Positions 36,407-64,000 of a DNA stretch of 64,000 nt are shown here, one piece after another. The stretch comes from Schmidtea nova (Eukaryota): the NCBI GenBank assembly GCA_044892505.1, contig CM097883.1, positions 413,354,001-413,418,000 of the forward strand, written 5' to 3'. The translations under genes were made by a program, and so were the position numbers. The notes under the pieces were generated by a model. That model saw only the letters and a list, made by a program, of their open reading frames with translations. It ran no database searches and had not been told where the DNA came from. Every line of letters starts with the position of its first letter. Position 1 is the stretch's first letter.

Positions 36407-36949
36407 CTAAATATCAATAAACCTGAGAATGGAAATTTTAAAATATGAAAAATTGTAAGCTAACCTAATTATTAATGCACATATCTTCAAAATATTTTCT
36501 ATATGGTGCAATACTATTAAAATATTAAAGCTTTGGAATATACATGTAGTGCCTCCGTCATATATATCTTTATATTGTAATATATTGAATCGAGCCAAGA
36601 CCATTTTCAATGCATTTTTATTTTCATCAATAAGCAATTCGTCTGTCATAATGTCAAAGATATCACTGTTTAACTTGAAATAATCAAAAGAAGCATTGCA
36701 TTAGTGACGTACATCAGATGTTTGAATTCTCGATACTAAAATTGACCTTGAATCACAATTAACTTTCTTAAATTGAAAGGAAGGATTGATAAAAATATTA
36801 TTTCCACAATCTATAGAAATACCCTCTTTCGTTTCTAAAACATCGTCTTCAGTTTGAATATCAACCATCGAATTAGAATTTTCTTGTATGAAAACGTTGT
36901 CGATATGATTAAAATGTAACGAGATCAAGCTTGAAGTTATTTGAGTCAT
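36407..36949 (-). pseudogene. Unassigned 180-codon frame broken by one stop
   Basis: The listed ORFs 36701-37012 and 36407-36649 are in the same frame, separated only by TAA at 36701-36703. An in-frame ATG is at 36949. Confidence 0.35.
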
Positions 36950-37347
36950 AGAAAACAATATCCTTCTTTTAAATCCACAGAAATCCAAAAAAATCTCCAA
37001 ATTAAACCTCAAAACCTATCCAAAATTCGATTGCCAAAGATATCGCTCCTTCCCACTAAGCCAAATTCAAAAAAAACACAAAATTACAATTCCGAATTGG
37101 ATCGATAAAACAACTTTTCTAGAAATCCATTCAATCAAAATATCAAATAAAATCGCAACCAAAACGCGCACACAGACGCGGTCAAGAAATATATTAGAGA
37201 CGCACACACAGTGCGTAAGCAAAATATAAAAAAAATGAAACCACGCACGCACAGACGCGATGGTAAAAAACTAAAAAAATCAAAGTGCACACAGACACGA
37301 CCCACACACCCAGAAATCACCAGTAATTTATTAAATATATACATATA

Positions 37348-38665
37348 CGTGGTGCGCCCAATAAGTCGTGAGACTAAAATAGAAAGACTTATAATAGAAA
37401 AATAGAAAGATATTAATAGAAAGATATCAACTCAAAACTTTGTATTTAGAACAAGCATGGTAAATAGGCATCATTTTTCAAAATAAATTCCTTCTGCACT
37501 GACAATTTTCCCAGCGAATAACGAGGTTTTCGAAGGCGTTTTTGAAGAATTCTGGAAGCTTTTCTCCCAGAAAACTCTCAACGGCTGCTCTCAAGTCATG
37601 TTTGTTGGCAAACACCTGACCCCACAGATGCTTCTTAAGATGATTAAACAAGAAAAAATTGGATGGAGCCAAATCAGGGCTGTATGGAGGATTGGGAAGC
37701 AAATTGAGCCCGCAACGCTCAATTTTGGCCATGGAAACGCTGCTGGTGTGGATGGTAGCATTATCGTGTAAAAAATAGAGATCACACACTCTGCTCTTGC
37801 GTCGTGCCTTCCTTGCTTGCTGCACGATGTTGGAGTAGTAAGAACTATTGATCTTCACGCCGGATTCAGCAAAGTCAGTCAGAATAATGCCATTGGCGTC
37901 CCAAAACACCGTCAGCATGAGAGCCTTTCGGTGGCAAGTTGAGGACCGCATTTTCCGTGAGCTGCTTTCTCCTGGCAGTTTCCATTCTTGAGACTCTCTT
38001 TTAGATTCGGGGACATAAATGGACAACAGTGTCTCGTCCACAGCGATGATATTATCAATGAAATGGTCTCCAACATTGGTCTTGATCTGCAGATTCTTCA
38101 AGCAGCATTCCAAGCGTCGTTGTCGCATTTCCACAGTTAAGAAGCGTGGCACAAAACGGGAACATAGTTTTCGAATACCACTTTCAGTGAGGAAATTATG
38201 CACAGTGCCTTTGCTCACATTTAGACGGGTTGTGAGCTCTCTTGTCGTTATTTTTCTCTCGTTTTGCACGATTGTCTGCAGCTTTTGCGTTATTTTTCAT
38301 CAATTTCTGAGGGTCTTCCAGATCTTTCTTTGTCCACCACGGAGGTTCTACCACTCTGAAAGTAATTGAACCAACGATAAATTGTTGCTGTCGATGGGAA
38401 CTCTTGTTGGTAAACAGCTTTCAGTTCAGAAAGAACCTCTTCTCTATTTTTTCCTTTCAGAAAGAGAAAGCGAATAACGCTACGGTATTAAAAAGTTTCC
38501 AGAGACATTTTTCGAATGTTCGCAAAACTATACTTAAACAATAATGGATTATTAAAACAAAATACATTTTCTTTACCTATATATGTTGAAGTTTAAATAT
38601 GTCTGTATCAATTTTTTACTATTATTATTTCTATATTAGTATCACGACTTATTGGGTGCACCACG
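37348..38665 (-). mobile_element. Full-length mariner element with a pseudogenised transposase
   Basis: 1318 bp, TIRs CGTGGTGC(G/A)CCCAATAAGTCGTGA and TA TSDs. Transposase starts at ATG 38508 with an early stop and a frameshift. Motifs: IYRWF...GRTS...RSGRP, FVPRFL, IIAVDET, FLHDNA, YSPDLAPSNF (third catalytic Asp appears as Asn). Confidence 0.95.
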
Positions 38666-39429
38666 TATATTAAATTAAAAATATGCTTATATATAACAAA
38701 CAACCAGAGTCTTTTAAATAAGCATAAAAACCAGCAGAATTTAAAATTAGAGAAAAAAAAGTACTTGCAGCATTTCAAAGTAGAAGAAAATAAAGCACTT
38801 TAATAAAATGTATTCAGATATAGATTTGCAACTTGCTACTGTTCTAGCACTACAAAAACTCAGACGTTTTATCATGGATACTAAAAAGAACAAGCAATGT
38901 TACTTAAAAATAAATATTCTTTTAGTGTTTATTTTGTATTTTATCTTTTACCCGATTAAGACAAATACAGAACGGGGTACAAAAAATCGGAGCCCCACAA
39001 TACCTAACGAAACCAAAACCATATTTTTGCAACAGTTTTTTATTGAATCCTTCCATTTCGTAAAACTAAAAGATGTGATGAGTGTGATTGAGTGGCTGAA
39101 AATTATTTTACAATGGATTGTTAAACTTAATTATGGTTAATTAATATAACACTTTTATACTCATATTAATTTAATTTAACACTAAAAATTCAAATTTAAG
39201 ACTTTATTTTCTATTTAATGTTGTCAAAACAAAATTTTGCATTTTTTCAGGAAAGAAATTTGCCATTTAGTCACAACTGTCATCCAGATTCAGGATTTTG
39301 CCACCACACGCAAATTAATATACTAGTGAGGAATAGTAATCCTAATAATATACCAATTGTATTCAGTAAATAATTTAAACAGACAAATATAAAATAAAGA
39401 ATCTTATGTAGAAATGTATAAAAATTTAT

Positions 39430-39640
39430 TTTTCAATGAAAAATATGCTTTTAGAAAACACAAGGAGCTTCATCATTTATTCTTGACATATTTTTTGTCA
39501 CAAATAGTCCAGCAGCTGAAAATGCAAGCTCTAACTCTACGCTGGTTAAAGGAATTGCTTCCGAAGCTTGAAAAAAAAGTTCAAGATTTGAGGTTCTCTC
39601 TCATGTTGCTTTATAATTCAGCATTTCTTTCTCTGCAAGT
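39430..39640 (-). mobile_element. hAT transposase C-terminal remnant
   Basis: Minus strand AIPLTSVELELAFSAAGLFVTK resembles the hAT dimerisation motif (IP-x-TSV-x-x-ERAFS-x-AG). Confidence 0.6.
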
Positions 39641-39937
39641 AGCATGATTAATTCTATAAGATTTAGTTGGGTGAGTTGTACAAATTTTTAAGTGGTATGA
39701 TTGATTGATGGGTGTTCACGGATGGATGACTATATCTTTAGGTGCATGGGATGTTAATGATTGAAATGTTTTTTTGCAAGTATGTTGACTGATTTTCAAG
39801 TTCTTATTGACTTAAATGTGCAATGTATAAGTAGCATACTTGGATATTGGTGAATAAATGGATGTATAGGTGGTGTTGATTGAAATTTTGGATTTTCCTT
39901 ATAAAATAGCGAATTACATACTTTTATAGATTAAATG

Positions 39938-40517
39938 CAAGGCCAGTGCATGGTTACCTGGCGCCCCTAGGAAAAGAAAAGTTCATGCGCCCCTAATCAA
40001 TACGTATACTTACATATGCATATGCATAGCCAAACATAGCATAGACTAATTTAAACAATTATAATTTAAAGAAAAAATTGAGTTAACAAAAAGGTATTTA
40101 AATTGCACGATAAAGGAAAGATTTACAATAATTTTCATTAACTCCTTGTTTAAGAATCAATAATTCATTAATATACTTAATAATACATTCAAATTAAAGT
40201 TAAATACATATTGCAATGCAATATTTATTATGAGAAATTAATATTTCTTGCTTTTGCTCTTGCGAATGTTTGAATTATTGAATAGACAGCGGATATACAA
40301 TATCGTCGCTGCGGACGACATACACATTCAATGCAGTCCTCTTTGAAAGTAAAGAAAACGTGAAATTCGACCGATAAATAAGCAAATTAGGAATTCTTAG
40401 TTTCTTTAACGCCTGAACGACTCAGGGGCGGAAGTCCGATGAACGAATGGCATTGATTGTCAAGCGTCCCCATTGTTCTGGTGACCCTAGGTACGCCTAT
40501 TGGTAAAACCGGCCCTG
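39938..40517 (-). mobile_element. Non-autonomous hAT element
   Basis: Ends CAAGGCCAGT / ACCGGCCCTG with TSD ATTAAATG / GTTAAATG (7/8). Minus-strand remnant IIQTFARAKAR. Confidence 0.75.
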
Positions 40518-40622
40518 GTTAAATGGCTCTTTTCTGGAGTGTGGTGATTTGATTCAAGTGATGTTATTCAATGAAATGTTTATTTCCTCTACAAGTAATA
40601 TAACTAAGTTTATAGGATGTTT

Positions 40623-40790
40623 AAAATGGTGATTCCTTGGTAGCAGTATTAAATATTAAATAAATTAATAAATAAGTAACAAAATAAGCATTTGCTGCAA
40701 TAATAATTTTATTATGTGAGAAAATTTTCAATTATAAAATTGTTATTGCAGCAAAGGTTTTTTTTGTTACTTATTTATTAGTTTATTTAT
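40623..40790. repeat. Second copy of foldback family A
   Basis: Matches 1281-1399 and folds back on itself (AAATAAGCATTTGCTGCAA...TTGCAGCAAAGGTTTTTT). Confidence 0.7.
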
Positions 40791-41000
40791 AGGATGTTGT
40801 TGGATGAAATGGAAAGAAACTTTAAGTAATATGTTTGATTTTGGGTTTTCATGAATGTGTGAATTTAGTTTTGGAATAGGAGATTTTAATGATTGAAATA
40901 TGTTATTTACATTTAAAATTTTATTAGTGAGTTTTTTCATGGAAAGGTAAGTAATAATAAAGCCAAATTTGTATTATATATCAATTAAAATCTATAATTT

Positions 41001-42254
41001 TTACTGATCCAACTTCTCAGCCACGCTCGATACATCTGCAATACCTGGAAAAGATACACCAGTCTTGTCAATTTTAAGACCTCCCAGCATCCCTATTACG
41101 TCTATTCCTAAAATCATTTCAACATTTAGCGGTAGATTCATCAACGAGACACAATAAACACTCAATAATCTACCACCAACAATCTGTTGAATGTTCACAT
41201 CACGCATACACTTGACTAGTGATCCATCTGCAGTCATGATACTCCCATTCCGTTTAAATTGTTTCTTCGCAATTCTGGCTGACACGACTGATTTAGAACA
41301 TCCCGACTCCCCATTGATCATGACCAAAATGAACTGCAGCGCCATTATGTTCGTGCTGGAGTAGACGCTGACGCGCGCGTTACTCCTTTGTCGTTTCCCG
41401 ACTCTGAATAATTGGAGCACTTCTTTACAATGTGGCACTCTTCTTCACACCCAAACACTTCTTTCCTTGTTTCTTGAAGCAACGTTCTTTTAAATGGCCA
41501 TTCTTTCTGCAATATAAACATTTCTTTTGCTTGTCTTGTTTTCCCACAACAGCCGAACATATTTCTATAGTGTCGCAGTTTCCTAATGTGATATAATTAA
41601 TGAATTGATTATATGCATTAGTTATATTTTAATTATTAAATTGTTTAAATATTAAGAGTTGGCAGAATTATTTAATTTAAAAAAGTTTTGAAGAATCTTA
41701 TTTTATTAATATTTTATTTAATCAGTGTTATCACATAAAGGTAGTATTATTATATTTTAATCAGTTATAGATTTCAGATATAACCACAAAAGTATAACAA
41801 CTAAAACACGGGACTGTTTCAAAACATCAATAAGAGACATCTGCTGAATCTTGGCATAGGATCGTAACTGTTGTGACGGCGCTGTTGGCAAACCCAAAAT
41901 AAATGCGCTTTTAATTAAAATTTCATTATCTATTTTGACCAATGATTTTAAGTTTTTGAAATCATTCAAGTATACACCGACTGGCTCATTGACCCTTTTT
42001 CATTCACGGAATCGGTCATATGCTTGGAACATATCTATGGAATAGACATCGATTAGGACATGTTTGTTCTTCAATGAGTTGCCCTTGACTTCCGCACTCA
42101 AATGTTGATATACTGCGAAAGCTGGTCCATCTAGGTATAACGGAATTATCGATTCTAAATTCACAATTTTCTGAATTTTTGCAACTAGCTTCACTTTCTG
42201 AATCCACTGTTGAACGTCACCTTCTCCTCTGAAAATCAGTATCATCTTGTCCAT
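41001..42254 (-). mobile_element. Degenerate Ty3/gypsy gag-protease
   Basis: Gag N-terminus FRGEGDVQQWIQKVKLVAK...PLYLDGPAFAVY, then AFILGLP...QLR, a CCHC knuckle CLYCRKNGHLKERC, and a protease-like INGESGCSKS...MILGIDVI. Frameshifted and interrupted by an AT-rich insert at about 41580-41760. Confidence 0.8.
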
Positions 42255-43228
42255 ATCAAATTATTGACACGATAGCTTGTAGATTCTACGAAGATAAAAA
42301 TCACGTTTTAATTTTGTAATTATATTATGCTCAAATTTCGGCGTATTCAAACAAATCTTTACAGTTAAATTTGCTAAATTTTGATTTAAATCTATTTTCT
42401 CTTATAATTTACGAGTTTTTAAGATAAAATTGAAATATTCTTTCCGAAAATATGTGAATTTTTCCTAATTTGTAATTTTATTCTGCAATTGATGTCTTTA
42501 TGTTATATATGTGTTTTCAACGTGTATACTTGATTCGCTTCTGTTCAGTTTAATTTTTAAATGTCTTATATTTAATTTTTTCTGTTTTCTGTTATTACTT
42601 TGTTTAATTGGTGTTTCTCACGATATCATTTAAGTTTAATTCTTGTGCGGTCTCTTCATGCTGTGTTACCGCTTTAGTAAAACAAGTCCCAGTTTTTGCC
42701 CAACATATAGAACGAAATACAATTAAGAAATATGTGGTAGTAATTATGGATAAGTTCAGTAAACTTCGAAACAAGGCTAAAACAATTTTTAAGACAACAT
42801 TTTATTGCTGGATATACATATTTGTTAAGTCAAAGAGTATACGTCTTAAAATGTATCCTTAAAATAAATCTATATTAGATAATTTTTTTAAAACGGAATT
42901 TTATTTTAAAAATTAGTGAGATATTAAATTTTATTATTTAAATAAATTATAATTATGTAATTAAAAGATTCTTGTTTAATGAAAATTTTATTATCTTAAT
43001 ATTTGGCATTGATAAGAATTATTATAAAAAACTAGTCACAAAATTAAGCTAATAATTTCTTTAAATTATTCATTTTAATGAACAATTAAAATGGCAACTA
43101 TGTTATTAATTTATTTTTAATAAAGATTTTAAGTTAGATTTAATTTTAATCGTATGAATAGGTGAATTTATAAGATAAAATTATTTTACACTATATAAAT
43201 TTATAATTATAGACTTAAAAGTATCAAA

Positions 43229-61403
<18,175 letters not shown>

Positions 61404-62749
61404 CTCTATTATTTATTTATTTGAGAACACAAATTGTAACTCTCTCGTTTCAATGTGTAATATTAACTGTTTTATTGTGTTCATTATGTGTGTTTAGATT
61501 TTGTGTCCAAAAATTGGAATTTTTTATTGGATTTTAGTGAAAACAATTTTAATAGTTTTAATCTAGAATTTTTTCTCTAAAATATAGATTAATTAATTGT
61601 TAATTTTTACAAATTTTTCCATTGTTGAGAAAGTGAATTTCGTATCTAATCGAATTGTTAATATTTATTATAGTATAAACACAAAGTGAACTTATATAAA
61701 TATCATAATTAAAAGGAGCATGCGTTGGTGAGATCTCGTGAATAGGGATGGTATTCGAAAAGGGAATACAGGTACAAGTGCTTAAGCTAATTTACAATTT
61801 CATTAAAATACAAAAAAAATTTCAGTCTTATTTTACCGAGAAAAAAAATTTTTATCACCTATCCAATGCCTCTGTTATTTGAATATAATTTTCTTAGTTA
61901 TCTTCTTGTGTCAATTGTCTACAATAATGTACTAATTTAAAGTCAGATATTTTATTCTAAATAACATGGGTTATCTCCTTAAATTCGGACAATTTTCCCT
62001 AAATTTACTTGAACAATATTATTTTCTTATAAATTCATTATTTTATTAGATGTCTGCCTTTGCGATACGAATTCTGCTTGGCGTAATTCTTACCCACAAA
62101 ATGCACCATACTTACAAGACTTGGGAGAACTGAATAATGATTATTACAAAGAAAAATTTTGGAAATGATTTTATTATATTCACAAAAAAGACATTTGTTC
62201 TGTATTAAAATTTTTCTAAAGTTTGGGCTGACCGAAGTAAAATTTCTGATTTATTTAAGCATGTCGAAAATTCGCACTCGCAACCAGAAGTTTATTTTAA
62301 ATCTACAATAACACCAAATATTTCAAACTAAGGACGCATAACATTTGAAAATTGATAAACACGAGTAATTAAAATATTTATTCGTGCAAAGCTGCAAGCA
62401 CCAAAGTAGTAGTTAAAATCATCTCAAAAGATAACACAAAGTTAGATTGCTTGTCGAATTCACATATCAATAGCAAATTCGTATTAACATACGAAAGACA
62501 AGAATCAAAGTACTTAAATAATAAGAAAATAACGAAAATAATTTATTAAAAATTTTGACATAAATCAATATCGAGAAATCGTCAAAATCAATGAAGCAGA
62601 ATAAGAAATTGTAATAAATTAAATCTTATTGTTTTAATCAGTCATTTAAACATGAAAACACCTATTACAAAAGTATATTGGATACAGAAATCATTTTTTC
62701 ATGATAGTATACAAAATATTTCTAAATAAATAAAAATCAGTTAACATAC

Positions 62750-64000
62750 TGTTGGGTTATTATGAAATAGTCGGTTACTGACTGACTCCTCGTGTCCTTT
62801 CTTTATAAAGGTATTAACATAACTCAACACAATAATCTTTATTTTCAAATTTTAATACACAATTACAGTTATACAATTTGTCTGCACTCTTCAATCGCTA
62901 GGGTTAGGTCTTCGAATGTGAGATCCCCTTTCTGGTACGCAAACAATTGGTTTGGCATAAATTTAAACCTATAAACTTTAAAACTTCTTTTTGAAAACTA
63001 TCTAATTTTAAAATTAAATTTTCATGTTTCGACCGACTGGCCATTTAAGCTATTTGTCTGAGGTTTTATAGTGACTCCTGTCACTTTGGCTAATTCTGCA
63101 CTGATTAAATTTCTGTCGGTATACTTAATTTTTTTTATTTAATGTTTTGGAGATAATCAGATTGCTTCTGGGGTTTTCCTTAAAAATAATTAAATTGTTG
63201 ATTAATCGGATTCTCCTTACTACTAGGTTTTCCCTTTTACCGCGGGATTTCCAATTAATTTAGGGTAATTGCATTTGTGGTTGTTCGCCAGCGATTCCTC
63301 TAACCTTACCATTTTCTTCATAATTAGATAATTTTGTTGACGACTCGGGTTATCCACATTGCTTGTGTTCTCTACTAACTCGTTTTTTCCAATAGGTAAT
63401 AATTTTCTTTATTTAATTAGTTTCTTCTTGATATTTCGTTCTGGGGCAATTTTTTAATTTGGTATTACCATATTTTAATTGGTCTCATCATTTGGCATCC
63501 TCCCGACCAGTTTCCCTGTTGTTAAGGAAGGACTTTATGTCCTGATTATAATTGAATTTTAGAATAAAAATAGAAATAAAATACACTAAAATTGTTAGAA
63601 TAAAAATAGAAATAAAAAATTACTAAAAATAGGAAAAATATTTAAATAATAAAAATATAAAATAAATAGTATTTTATCGTAACTAAAATTAAAAATAACT
63701 ATTAATTTAGTAATTTAAAATTATCAATTAAAATATAAGTAATAATATAAATAAGGTCAGCAAGACCAGTTAGAGGTAGAAAAATAAGGTTGACATTTAA
63801 ATAAAACCAAGTGTAATTGTTTGTGTTATAATACCAGATTAGAATCGGAGAGAGAAACTCATTTGACATATAAAAGATCTAGTATAGTTGTTTGATCGAT
63901 AGAAATCGAGTATAAAAAGAAAACAAGATTCGATCAGAAATATTATTAAGACAGTGATTATTATTTGCAATCCAACCAAGTGTAAATTACTTGTGGTGGG
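62750..64000 (+). mobile_element. LTR-like repeat running off the window
   Basis: Starts TGTTGGGTTATT; shares blocks with 21238-21860 and the reverse complement of 29810-30465. Confidence 0.45.

Noticed and set aside
61710-62175. Exon-like segments downstream of SMARCE1 (61710-61771 and 62050-62170)
   Set aside because: No consistent multi-exon open frame could be assembled and no motif was recognised.
62770-62830. GAC-TCCTCGT-GTC resembles the P3/L3 core of HDV-like ribozymes; TCCTCGTG recurs at about 9462 and 21283
   Set aside because: No matching P1 partner, no GG after P1 for P1.1, and the P3 pairing is not conserved in the other copies. Best explained as a conserved LTR 5' motif. An Infernal scan would settle it.

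Overview
This window is an AT-rich animal genomic scaffold, not prokaryotic DNA. It has seven N gaps (346-482, 1400-2078, 6330-6507, 11456-11855, 12951-13217, 13272-14003, 47004-47131) and many GT-AG introns of about 46-55 nt. The mix of short introns, an intron-poor TRAF gene and abundant mariner/hAT/LTR debris suggests a triclad flatworm or similar invertebrate (inference only). Four protein genes are supported after manual splicing: (1) a Polyhomeotic-like gene (+, 5'-incomplete, exons 805-14725; HD1 and SAM domains); (2) a small SUZ-domain gene (+, 23121-23565); (3) a TRAF gene (-, RING/zinc-finger exon 35538-36029, MATH exon ending at 28017); (4) SMARCE1/BAF57 (+, 9 exons, 43229-61403) with a long P/Q/G/Y-rich tail. 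A fifth, micro-exon membrane-protein candidate lies at 20181-20840. The rest is largely transposon-derived: solo LTRs with 4-bp TSDs, hAT derivatives with 8-bp TSDs, three mariners, a Tc1-like copy, Merlin-like, MULE-like and Penelope-like remnants, gypsy gag remnants, foldback elements, and one Chapaev-type element with perfect 124-bp TIRs. The most striking structure is in the TRAF gene: a solo LTR (itself carrying a nested LTR) has split the second coding exon, and the LTR end offers a new in-frame splice acceptor that could rescue the gene. No tRNA, rRNA or CRISPR array was seen. All family assignments come from motif recognition by eye; no database search was run.
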